Below, piece after piece: positions 7,935 through 16,062 of a DNA stretch of 60,950 bases. Under the pieces are notes generated by a model that did no database searches, was not told the origin of the DNA, and saw nothing but the letters and a program-made list of their open reading frames with translations. The position numbers and the translations under genes were made by a program. This DNA comes from Dehalococcoidia bacterium (lineage in GTDB: Bacteria > Chloroflexota > Dehalococcoidia > DSTF01 > JACRBR01): contig DATECV010000205.1 in assembly GCA_035286725.1 (NCBI GenBank), positions 1 to 60,950 of the forward strand. The letters are read 5' to 3'. The stretch's first letter is position 1. Each line of letters starts with the position of its first letter.

Positions 7935-8894
7935 GTGAGTCGCAGGGATGGCGATCTCCAAATGAACGCGGCCCGTTCATCAATTGTGGCGGCGTATCCG
8001 CCGCGGCTTTCGATGCCGCAGATCCCTCGATGGTTGCGGCTTGGTACTGTGGCCATCTTCTACGCGTTTGCGTTTCTTGTGGTAGGAGTCCTGCTGGCCG
8101 CCACCCTGCCTGCGTTCGCGGGTTTCCACACCGTTACGGTGTACGGCGGCAGCATGGGCGACGCGCTGCCGGCTGGCAGCGTCGCCGTCACGAGAACCGT
8201 AGACAATTCGCAACTCGTGGTGGGAGATGTCATCGCGCTTGGCAGGCACCAAGGCGGGCTGCCGACTCTGCATCGGATCGTCGCGATCGAGGAGGTGGAC
8301 GGCGGACGGCTCGTCTCCACGCGGGGTGACGCGAACCAGACGAATGATGCCCTGCCGATCAGGGTGTCAGGTGAGGGCGATCGTCTCGTGTACCACATCC
8401 CGTGGATCGGTTACTTCCTCCACTTCGTCGGCAGCCAATTGGGTTTGGCGCTCTTCATTGGCATTCCAGCCACCGTATGGACCGCGCGCGGGTTCATCAC
8501 CCTGCAACGAGCGATCAGGTGGATCGTGAAACACAGGGCTCCCGGCGAGCGGATTGCGAGTGATTTCTTGAGGCGCGGCGAACGCGGGGGAATCCCGATC
8601 TTGCACCGGAACGTCGCGATCGAGGAAGCGGGCGGCGAAACGGTCGTCACCACCCATGGCGACGCGAACGAGAAAAGGGAGCGCCCGCCGATCAGGGCAT
8701 CCGGCCGGGGAGATCGGCTCGGCCACCACATCTCCTGGCTCGAGCAAGCTCTTGCGTTTTCCCGCAGCGCGCGCGGCCTGGCGCTGCTTGTGGGTGTTCC
8801 GATTAGCGTGTGGGCAATCCACGAAGCGATCGCGGTGAGCATAGCGTTCAAGAGGCGCCGGAGCCGGCAGCCGGCGTTATCGCGGGCCGGCTGA
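7935..8894 (+). CDS. Signal peptidase I, SipW/archaeal-eukaryal type (S26B), with duplicated C-terminal half
   Basis: GTG start 4-5 nt after GGAGGAG. N-terminal TM, catalytic Ser box VYGGSMGDALPAGS, His box LPTLHRIVAI, GD box TRGDAN, C-terminal TM. Residues 218-300 repeat residues 107-190. Confidence 0.85.
   Translation: MSRRDGDLQMNAARSSIVAAYPPRLSMPQIPRWLRLGTVAIFYAFAFLVVGVLLAATLPAFAGFHTVTVYGGSMGDALPAGSVAVTRTVDNSQLVVGDVIALGRHQGGLPTLHRIVAIEEVDGGRLVSTRGDANQTNDALPIRVSGEGDRLVYHIPWIGYFLHFVGSQLGLALFIGIPATVWTARGFITLQRAIRWIVKHRAPGERIASDFLRRGERGGIPILHRNVAIEEAGGETVVTTHGDANEKRERPPIRASGRGDRLGHHISWLEQALAFSRSARGLALLVGVPISVWAIHEAIAVSIAFKRRRSRQPALSRAG
8253..8840 (+). repeat. Internal tandem duplication (period 333 bp / 111 codons) inside the signal peptidase gene
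   Basis: GGLPTLHRIVAIEEVDGGRLVSTRGDAN...PIRVSGEGDRLVYHI aligns with GGIPILHRNVAIEEAGGETVVTTHGDAN...PIRASGRGDRLGHHI. DNA-level identity blocks are also present (cgtcgcgatcgagga, gcgacgcgaac, ccgccgatcaggg). Confidence 0.85.
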
Positions 8895-9289
8895 TGAGAT
8901 CGGCATTGTTCATCCTCGCGTTCACGTTCGCTATCGCTGGCGCCTTGAGCATGGGCGTGTTGGCTCTGTTCAGCGAATCCATGGGCGTCGGCGCCAACGT
9001 ATTTAGCACCGACACGCTCAACCCACCGACCGACCTCTTGTCGACGGGCGTCACGTCTACGACGTTGAATTGGACTGCCACGTCGGACACGTACGCTTCG
9101 GGTCATCGTGTGTTTCGCGGCACAGTAAGTGGCGGACCGTATACGCAGGTCGGCCAGGTGACGCCGCGCACGACGACCACGTTCAATGAATCTCCGCCTC
9201 CGGGGACGTATTATTACGTGCTGCGTAGCTACGTAGAGAACTGGGAGAGCGTCGACAGCGCGCAGGTAACCGCGGTCGTCTCCCCATAA
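8894..9289 (+). CDS. Secreted FN3-like domain protein with SipW-class signal peptide
   Basis: Start MRSALF overlaps the peptidase stop (TGATG). Signal GVLALFSESMGVGANVFSTDTL parallels the TasA-like N-terminus. The rest is FN3-like (TLNWTATSD...YRVFRG-type...YYYVLRSY). Confidence 0.75.
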   Translation: MRSALFILAFTFAIAGALSMGVLALFSESMGVGANVFSTDTLNPPTDLLSTGVTSTTLNWTATSDTYASGHRVFRGTVSGGPYTQVGQVTPRTTTTFNESPPPGTYYYVLRSYVENWESVDSAQVTAVVSP

Positions 9290-9580
9290 GCGTGGTACCC
9301 GCTTCTACCGAGATCGTCACGACCCCGCCAGCGCCCTTGGCGGACCGCTTCCTGAATGCGCTCGAGCTGGCCAACGTGCGTTTGCCGTCCGACGAGCGTC
9401 TGGCACAGGAAACTGGGCTCGAGAGGCTCGGTCACGGTGCTCGCATCCTTTGGACCGTGTGGCCGTTTATCGCGCGTTCCGCCGGCCCGGAGCGAGTCGC
9501 GGTTATGCTCGCGGGGGCCCCACGGCCTTGGGCCTGACCTTATAACCTTCGGACCAGTGCGGCCGCCAGGCTGCACCTGC

Positions 9581-9613
9581 ACAGAAAAGGCGAAGCCCGC
9601 CGTATGGCGGGCT
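9581..9613 (-). terminator. Hairpin downstream of tRNA-Asp (stem AGCCCGCC/GGCGGGCT, loop ATAC, then TCGCCTTTTCTG)
   Basis: Same 8-bp stem as the terminator at 6423-6442. The U-tract is displaced and weaker. Confidence 0.5.
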
Positions 9614-9626
9614 GGATGCTGAAAGC

Positions 9627-9703
9627 TGGCGACCCCGAAGGGATTCGAACCCTCGATCTCCACCGTGACAGGGTGGCATGTTAGACCGCTACACCACGGT
9701 GCC
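9627..9703 (-). tRNA. tRNA-Asp: tRNA-Asp (anticodon GTC), CCA encoded
   Basis: Hand-folded 77-nt cloverleaf: GGCACCG TG GTGT AGCGGTCTA ACAT G CCACC CTGTCAC GGTGG AGATC GAGGG TTCGAAT CCCTT CGGGGTC G CCA. There is one A4:G69 mismatch in the acceptor stem. Confidence 0.9.
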
Positions 9704-9791
9704 GCGGTGTCCGCCCGAAACACGCCGAATGCCTGTCCCGGGCGCCTCCAGTCTAGTTACGGCCTTCGAGGGTGTCAATCGTGCCCGTCGC

Positions 9792-11438
9792 CTACTCCGC
9801 AATCCACTGCTCGTAGTTGTACTGCGCCAGGCTTCCCGGCAACCCTGGCCGGCGATTGCGCACCCGGCTCCACGCGGCCGAGTACCCCACGCTCGTGAAC
9901 AGCTCCATCATCGGCCGCTGGAAGATCATCAGCTTCTGCGCCTCCTGCACCGTCTTCCGCCGTTGCTCCCGCTCCAGCTCCCCCCACGAACGCTCGATGA
10001 GCGAGTCCGTCGTGCCGTCCGCGAACGCGAACGGGCTCCCGCTCCCGTCCGGCCCCCGCGAGTGAAAGAACCGCAGAGGGATGTCCGCCGTCTCATACGG
10101 CGGCTGGCTCACCAGCGTGAGTTGGAACGCCCCCCGCCTGAAGTTGGTGAACCACACCAGCAGGTCCTGTGGCTGCACCTCGACCGCGATGCCAATCTCC
10201 AGCAACTGCTCCTTCACCACGCCTGCCACGTCCAGCATCGGCGCCAGGTTCGCCACCTGCAGCGTGAACGCAGCTCGCTCCGCACCTGCCGCCATCAGGA
10301 GCTGGCGTGCTGCCGAGCGCCGCTCGTCCATCGTCGCCGAGCCGCCGAATGCCTCGCGCACGTCGTTCTCGAACAGGGCCCAGTACCCCTCCGCCAGGTG
10401 TGGGTTGACGGGGCCCAGGATGCGCCCGTCGCCACCCGCGATGTCCCGGATCATCGCGTCCCGGTCCAGCGCGAGGTCGATTGCCCCGCGCACCCGAGGA
10501 TCGTGCAGAGGCGGTACGTCCATGCGCGTCCCCAACGCCAGCCAGGAGAGGCTCGGTTCGGCCGTAACCTCGATCTCCTCCCGCTCCGCCGCCAACGTAC
10601 GCGCGTCCTGCTGCGCGCCAGCCGGAATGCTGTCAATAGCACCGTCCAGCATCGCGGCGTTCAGCGACGTGCCCTCGGTGAAGACCTCCCACTCCATCGC
10701 GTCCAGGTACGGCACGGGTCCGCGGTAGTACCCATCGTTGCGCACGATCCGCGCGCGCCCGGGCGGCTGGGCCTGCTCCAGCTGGAACGGCCCGCTGCCT
10801 GCCGCTGCCGTGTACAGGCTTACTTCCTGCTCGATCAGCTCCTTCGCCAGGATCGCCCCCGCCGAAATGTCGCCCAGATATGCCAGTGAATACGCGTACG
10901 GCCGCTTCGTCGTCACCCGAACCGTGAGCTCGTCCATCGCCTCAACCCGGTCCAGGACGGTCGTGTGGAACGTCTTCGTGGTGGCGATGGGGTTGCGGCG
11001 GAAGCGCTCGATCGAAGCGACCACGTCCTCTGCCGAAAGCGTACGGCCGTGCACGGGTTCGACGTCGTGGAACTCGATGCCTGGACGCAGCTTGAATACG
11101 AACGTCGTCGCGTCCGGCTGCTCCACCTGCGCGGCCTGGTCGTAGATGATGCTGTCGTCCCGCGGGTCGACGTGCAGCAGGTACCCGTACAGGCGCGCCG
11201 TGATCGCCAGCCCCGTCCCTGTCTCCGTCTGCGGGTCCAGCCCGGAGAAGGCCGCAGTCGTGCCCGTCCGAAGCGTCCCCCCGCGCCGGGGGCCGGCGTC
11301 CGCCGGTGGCGTGCCGTCGCCGCCGCCGCATGCGGCCCACGTCGCCGCGCCGGCCGTCAGCGAGAGGCCGCTCGCCAGCGCCCGCCGCCGCGAGATGCGC
11401 GCGGGCATGCGTTTCGACCAGTAGCCGCGATCCGTCAT
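9792..11438 (-). CDS. ABC transporter substrate-binding protein, family 5 (peptide/nickel, DppA/OppA-like) with Tat/lipoprotein signal
   Basis: Twin-arginine signal plus lipobox (ISRRRALASGLSLTAGAATWAACGG). Family-5 SBP-like body. Start is ambiguous (11438 or 11408); the track start at 11588 is unlikely. Confidence 0.85.
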   Translation of the reverse strand: MTDRGYWSKRMPARISRRRALASGLSLTAGAATWAACGGGDGTPPADAGPRRGGTLRTGTTAAFSGLDPQTETGTGLAITARLYGYLLHVDPRDDSIIYDQAAQVEQPDATTFVFKLRPGIEFHDVEPVHGRTLSAEDVVASIERFRRNPIATTKTFHTTVLDRVEAMDELTVRVTTKRPYAYSLAYLGDISAGAILAKELIEQEVSLYTAAAGSGPFQLEQAQPPGRARIVRNDGYYRGPVPYLDAMEWEVFTEGTSLNAAMLDGAIDSIPAGAQQDARTLAAEREEIEVTAEPSLSWLALGTRMDVPPLHDPRVRGAIDLALDRDAMIRDIAGGDGRILGPVNPHLAEGYWALFENDVREAFGGSATMDERRSAARQLLMAAGAERAAFTLQVANLAPMLDVAGVVKEQLLEIGIAVEVQPQDLLVWFTNFRRGAFQLTLVSQPPYETADIPLRFFHSRGPDGSGSPFAFADGTTDSLIERSWGELEREQRRKTVQEAQKLMIFQRPMMELFTSVGYSAAWSRVRNRRPGLPGSLAQYNYEQWIAE

Positions 11439-11568
11439 CAGAGCCTGTCGGGAGAGCCGTCGCGCCGTCCCTGCGCCACGGGAGCAAGAGGTCTGCGCCA
11501 TTGTAGCGCCGCCCCGGATTGGCGCTTCGCCGTCAAAGTCGGCCGGTGTTTCCCGTCCTCCTTGACGT

Positions 11569-12132
11569 TTGACGCTGTCGGACCGCATGCTATCGTGCGT
11601 TGACGAAAGTGCCAGACGAAAGGCCCAAACGTTGCCATTTCAGAAGCCCGACGGCGTCGATCAGCACATTCTCAGCATCCTCGAGCAAAACGGCCGCGCC
11701 ACGAACCGTGAGGTCGCCGAGTCCGTGGGCGTCTCCGAAGGCACCGTCCGAAACCGCATCGAACGTCTGATCAAGGACGACGTCCTCCGAATCGTGGGCG
11801 TGACCAACCCCGCCCGCCTCGGCCTCAATACCGCCGCCGTCATCAGCATCTCCGGCGAGCTCTCCCGCATTACGGACATCGCCGAGAGCATCGCCGAGGC
11901 CCCGGGCGTCGTCTACGTCGGCTACACCACGGGCAACGCCGATATCATCGCGCTCGCCTTCTTCCCCAGCAACGACGAGCTCACCGATTTCATGACGAAG
12001 ACCCTTGCGGCCATTCCAGGCATCCTCAAGGCCGAGACGAACATCATCCTCCGCCCGGTCCGCAGCCTCTTCCCCGCATCTCCGGTCAGCGTCCTCAGCC
12101 GCGGCATCCACGCCGTTGGTGCAAAGGCGTAG
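11569..12132 (+). CDS. Lrp/AsnC family transcriptional regulator
   Basis: HTH (DQHILSILEQNGRATNREVAESVGVSEGTVRNRIERL) plus a C-terminal RAM/ACT-like domain. The true start may be the TTG at 11632. Confidence 0.85.
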   Translation: MTLSDRMLSCVDESARRKAQTLPFQKPDGVDQHILSILEQNGRATNREVAESVGVSEGTVRNRIERLIKDDVLRIVGVTNPARLGLNTAAVISISGELSRITDIAESIAEAPGVVYVGYTTGNADIIALAFFPSNDELTDFMTKTLAAIPGILKAETNIILRPVRSLFPASPVSVLSRGIHAVGAKA

Positions 12133-12206
12133 CCCGCCCTCCCGGTTGCGCCCACTTGCCGCACGCGTCCCCCTGTCCGATCATCTCCTCGGATACCTGA
12201 CGGACG

Positions 12207-12653
12207 ATGGGAGCAAGAATGATCGACAGGATTGGCACGGAGCCGGCGAAGAAGGTCACCACCTACGACGACAAGAAACGGGAGAACGGCTGGCTCCTCG
12301 AGCTGTTCAAGGACGGCGAGAAGACCGTCGCCTATCTCACCGTCGCCTCGCCCGGCGCCTTCAAGGGCTACCATCTCCATCGCGTCCGCGTCGCTCGCTA
12401 TGTGTGCGTCCGCGGCCGCATGAGGATCATCCTCTACAGCGGCGGCCCGAAATGGCAGCGCGAGGAACACATCCTCGACGCCGCTACGCCGACCCGCCTC
12501 TTCATCCCCATCAACGTCGCAACCGGCCTCGAGAACATCGGCGACGAGGAGGGCTGGCTCATCAACTACCCCGATCCCCCCTACGACCCGAGCCTGAAGG
12601 ACGAGCAGGTCGAGTACACCCAGGAAGAGCTTGAAGCCGGAGTCGTGAAGTGA
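12207..12653 (+). CDS. Cupin-fold sugar epimerase/isomerase-like protein (WxcM/FdtA/RmlC-like)
   Basis: 148 aa with a cupin-like core (FKGYHLHR...RLFIPINVATGLENIG). Functional assignment is tentative. Confidence 0.55.
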   Translation: MGARMIDRIGTEPAKKVTTYDDKKRENGWLLELFKDGEKTVAYLTVASPGAFKGYHLHRVRVARYVCVRGRMRIILYSGGPKWQREEHILDAATPTRLFIPINVATGLENIGDEEGWLINYPDPPYDPSLKDEQVEYTQEELEAGVVK

Positions 12654-13534
12654 CCTCCCACGTTGGACCGGGCTCCCCCTCGGCCGCAGGCTCGCCGAAG
12701 ATGCAGGCGCTGGCCGCGCGTCTGCGGGAAATCAGCGGTGCCTACACGGCGAAATGCACGTGGGCCCTGACCGATCTCGTGACCGGCGAGCACATCGGTG
12801 AAGACGAGCACGACGTCATGCCCACCGCCTCGCTCATCAAGGCCCCGATCCTCACGGCGCTCTACCAGGCCGTTCATGATGGCAGGCTCAAGCTCGACGA
12901 ACGCGTGACCTACGGCGAGCGGCACCGGGTCCTCGGCTCCGGCGTCCTCGCCCGTCTCTCCTACGGTGTCGAAATGTCGGTTCGCGACGCCGCTACGCTC
13001 ATGATGATCATCTCCGACAACTCCGCAACCAACATGTGCATCGACCTCGCGGGCCTCGAGAACGTCAACGACCTCATGACCAGCCTCGGCTTGCGCAACA
13101 CGCACCTCTTCCTGCGCCTGGGCGACCGTTCGGCCGGCCTCGACGCTCGCAAGATGTCCGTCTCATCCGCTGCGGACATGTGCGCGCTTTTCGCGCTGAT
13201 CGGGCGACACGAGGCCGTCTCCCCCGACGCCTCCGAGGACATGCTCCGCATCATGAGGCGCAGCGACTACCGCCACGAGCTCTCGAGCGAGCTCGCCTGG
13301 AACGAGATGAACATGCTCGGCGACGACCCCAAGCAAGCGTGGGTCGCCGAGAAAGGGGGCTCCTTCCTCAACGGCGTCCGCACCGGCGCCGCCGTCATGA
13401 AGGGCCCCTCGGGCTCGTTCGCGATGGCTGCCTTCTGCGAAGGCGGCACCGGCCCCGGCACCGGCCGCAACGCCGAAGGCAACGTCACCTTCGGCGCCCT
13501 CGGTAAAGCCGCCTTTGACGCTCTGGCCTCCTGA
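12650..13534 (+). CDS. Class A beta-lactamase-like serine hydrolase
   Basis: GTG start overlapping the upstream stop (GTGA). S-x-x-K (ASLIKAP), SDN box (ISDNSATN) and a K(T/S)G-like EKGGS. Confidence 0.8.
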   Translation: MTSHVGPGSPSAAGSPKMQALAARLREISGAYTAKCTWALTDLVTGEHIGEDEHDVMPTASLIKAPILTALYQAVHDGRLKLDERVTYGERHRVLGSGVLARLSYGVEMSVRDAATLMMIISDNSATNMCIDLAGLENVNDLMTSLGLRNTHLFLRLGDRSAGLDARKMSVSSAADMCALFALIGRHEAVSPDASEDMLRIMRRSDYRHELSSELAWNEMNMLGDDPKQAWVAEKGGSFLNGVRTGAAVMKGPSGSFAMAAFCEGGTGPGTGRNAEGNVTFGALGKAAFDALAS

Positions 13535-13569
13535 CAGAGACGCCACACCACAACCGTAGCGGTAGATCT

Positions 13570-14463
13570 TCAGACCTGCGCGGCCGAGTCTCCCTGGGCG
13601 ACGCTCGCGTTCTGGCTTTCCACCCCCACCGCGGCGTCGATCCCCGCCTCGATCCGGTCGATCGCCACCGCCACCTGCGGCGACTCCCCGCCGTCCGCCT
13701 CAGCGATCGCGTCCAGAAACGCCAGGTCGTCTTGCACCTGCACCCGCGCGGTCCGCATCCCGTCCGATCCGATCTCGAACGACCCTGCCAGGGTGTCAAC
13801 CAGTGACCGCAGCGACTGCCGGTGCAGCTTGTAGTCCACGATCGCCTGCCGGATGTGCACCACGAGCGCCTCGTCGCTGGTTGCCCCATCATGCGCGCCG
13901 GCGGGCGCGGCTCCCACGACGCGAGCTGGCGCTCCCACAACCGTCACATTCGCCGGCACGTCATGTACCACGACCGCATTCGCCCCAATTCGCGCGTGAT
14001 CGCCTATACGCACCGGTCCCAGGATCTTCGCCCCCGTCCCGATGTGTACCTCATCGCCGATCGCCGGCCCGTCCGCGCTGAAGCCGTACCTCCGGCTATT
14101 CGAAAGACCGATCGTGACCCAGGGGTTGATCTGGCAATGCTTCCCGATCCGAGTCCGCCCGTCGATGACCACGTTGCCGTGCGTGATCATCAGCCCCGGC
14201 CCGATCTCCACCGCGTTCCCGATCGACACGCCGAACAGCGCCCGCGACAGCACGTCGCACGCCACCGGCAGCGCCGGAACGTGCGCCCGCCGCAGCTTCT
14301 GCTTCAGCCGGAACAGCAGGATTGCCAGCCACGATTCGGCGAACGCGATGAAGAACCAGCGCTTCACCCGCGCGGTGCGATTCGCCAACCCGGACGAGTC
14401 TGGGATCGCCGCAAAGGAGAACGGGATGTGCGCGTCGAAGTCCTGCGTCAGGTCGCCCGGCAT
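13570..14463 (-). CDS. Serine O-acetyltransferase-like hexapeptide-repeat acyltransferase with about 100-aa C-terminal extension
   Basis: Left-handed beta-helix repeats (IGKHCQINPWVTIG...IGDEVHIGTGAKILGPVRIGDHARIGANAVVVHDV). Confidence 0.8.
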   Translation of the reverse strand: MPGDLTQDFDAHIPFSFAAIPDSSGLANRTARVKRWFFIAFAESWLAILLFRLKQKLRRAHVPALPVACDVLSRALFGVSIGNAVEIGPGLMITHGNVVIDGRTRIGKHCQINPWVTIGLSNSRRYGFSADGPAIGDEVHIGTGAKILGPVRIGDHARIGANAVVVHDVPANVTVVGAPARVVGAAPAGAHDGATSDEALVVHIRQAIVDYKLHRQSLRSLVDTLAGSFEIGSDGMRTARVQVQDDLAFLDAIAEADGGESPQVAVAIDRIEAGIDAAVGVESQNASVAQGDSAAQV

Positions 14464-14470
14464 GGCGTCC

Positions 14471-15304
14471 TCACTCGTGCGCTCGCGGCCGCCGCCACAC
14501 CGAGATGATCATGTCCGCCTGTCCCGGCCGCTTGCGCGCGTATCGGTCCAGCGCGCGGAGCACGCGGTCCGCCGCGCCCGCGGGCACCCGTCCCAGCACG
14601 CTCTTCCACCCGAACAGCAGCCACAGCAGCGAAATACCCGTACAGCGCTCCAGATCCAGCCAGTCTCCGCCCAGCGACTTCACGTACGGCAGATCGCCCT
14701 TCACATTGTGGTCCTCGGGCGTTTCCCAGTATCGCCGCCAGGGCGGCCGTGGCCGACCCAGCTTCCACTTGGCCCGGTCGATCGTCCGCCCGAGCTTGCA
14801 CGACACGCTCTCGAAGTTCGCCAGCGCGATCACCACTCGCCCCCCCGGTTTGATCACGCGCGCGGCCTCCCGCATGAACGCATGCCCGTCGACGAAGTGA
14901 TCCAGCGAGCCCTGGCAGATCACCCGGTCGAACGAATCGCTCGCGAACGGCAGGTCCTCCGCGATGCTCCGTACCATCATGGCCGTGCTCTCGGGCTGCA
15001 CCCAGCGCCCCAGCCCAATCATCTCCATCGACGCCTCCGCACCAACCGAGAGGCACCCCCGCTCCGCGATGCGCATCGATACCTTGCCGGTGCCACAGGC
15101 GACGTCCAGCACCCGCCCGCCGGGCACGGCTGTCGCCAGCTCGACCATCGTGTCCTCGATCGCACGGTAGATGTACTGCGAGTCTCGCCCGTCGCTCGCG
15201 ATGAAGTCTTCGATCGAGTACGACAGGTCGAACTCGGGCGCGGTTGCTGGGGTGGGCGGGGGCGGCCTGTCGGTCTCGATACTCATGGCCTCATCGTAGC
15301 CCAT
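14471..15304 (-). CDS. Class I SAM-dependent methyltransferase
   Basis: Motif I VLDVACGTGKVS and post-I/II motifs. Start placed at 15304 (or 15286) because a REP-like palindrome occupies 15312-15337. Confidence 0.8.
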   Translation of the reverse strand: MGYDEAMSIETDRPPPPTPATAPEFDLSYSIEDFIASDGRDSQYIYRAIEDTMVELATAVPGGRVLDVACGTGKVSMRIAERGCLSVGAEASMEMIGLGRWVQPESTAMMVRSIAEDLPFASDSFDRVICQGSLDHFVDGHAFMREAARVIKPGGRVVIALANFESVSCKLGRTIDRAKWKLGRPRPPWRRYWETPEDHNVKGDLPYVKSLGGDWLDLERCTGISLLWLLFGWKSVLGRVPAGAADRVLRALDRYARKRPGQADMIISVWRRPRAHE

Positions 15305-15311
15305 CGATCCT

Positions 15312-15337
15312 GTAGCGCGGGCATTCAGCCCGCGCGG
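15312..15337. repeat. Palindromic REP-like element, family 1 (GTAGCGCGGGCATTCAGCCCGCGCGG)
   Basis: 8-bp arms GCGCGGGC/GCCCGCGC. Related copies at 21900-21929, 43022-43049 and 46432-46480. Confidence 0.75.
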
Positions 15338-15387
15338 ATTACCACTTGTTTCTGGAAGTGCCGATGGTCCACGCGGTGAAGGTGCCT

Positions 15388-16062
15388 TCAACCCGCGCGC
15401 TCCGTCTCGTTCGGAATCGACGCCCCGCGTTCCGAAGTCCCGTTCGTGCTGGTCGCCGCGGCAATGTGCTCCGGCCGGCGCCGATCCGGCTGCTTCACCA
15501 CGCCCAGCACCACCTCGAACTCCTCGAACCCTCCGAACAGCGGCGCGAACCAGCGCTCGAATCGGTACTGTGAACCCCGGCTCCCGTTCGCCAGCTTCTC
15601 GACGAGCTGCGCGAACGGCCCGCGCGCAAGCGCCAGCCCCCCGTCACCCTCTCCCCGTCCGCTGGCAACCCGCAGGCGCGCCCGCTCCACCGTAAAGGTC
15701 GCGGCCGAGTGAGCGTCCCACGGTTTGCTGCGCGGGTCGTAGTAGTTGAACGTGTTAAGCGTGAGCAGGGGCTTCGGCCGCGGGTCTCGTGACGCCGCGA
15801 TGACCGACGAAGCGTGCGGCAGCCGCAGGTGGATCAGCGCCCCGGCCTTGCTCACACGCCACAGCTCGTCCAGCGTCTCCGCGATGTCACTTCGGCGCGC
15901 GATCGCGTCGTCCACGAACAACTCGTCCACGCTCCCGTCCTTGAACGGCAGCCGCGGGCTGCATTCCGAGATCATCAGCACGCCCGGCAGCGCCGCAGGG
16001 CCGATCCGGATCGCCCGCGCGGCGCGCTTCGCCCGCCCTGTGAAGTCCAGCCGTACCATCAT
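15388..16062 (-). CDS. Methyltransferase-like protein lacking the N-terminal SAM-binding motif I
   Basis: Start MMVRLDF (ATGA overlap with the Wzt stop). It retains the Methyltransf_11-like distal half (LPFKDGSVDELFVDD...LDELWRVSKAGALIHLRLP), but no GxGxG precedes it. Confidence 0.65.
   Translation of the reverse strand: MMVRLDFTGRAKRAARAIRIGPAALPGVLMISECSPRLPFKDGSVDELFVDDAIARRSDIAETLDELWRVSKAGALIHLRLPHASSVIAASRDPRPKPLLTLNTFNYYDPRSKPWDAHSAATFTVERARLRVASGRGEGDGGLALARGPFAQLVEKLANGSRGSQYRFERWFAPLFGGFEEFEVVLGVVKQPDRRRPEHIAAATSTNGTSERGASIPNETERAG

Larger units (their letters stand above)
6453..9643. mobile_element. Putative integrase-less genomic islet at tRNA-Asp (about 3.2 kb, lower GC)
   Basis: Perfect 19-bp direct repeats at both ends, one inside the tRNA. 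GC is visibly lower than in the flanks. Four co-oriented cargo genes and no recombinase gene. Confidence 0.55.

Noticed and set aside
9292-9537. 81-aa ORF next to the tRNA as an integrase or excisionase remnant
   Set aside because: It has no recombinase or HTH motif I can recognise and no SD. It is kept only as a place to look for a decayed int gene.
9229-9723. 164-aa ORF overlapping tRNA-Asp and its terminator
   Set aside because: It overlaps a well-folded tRNA and has no coding features.
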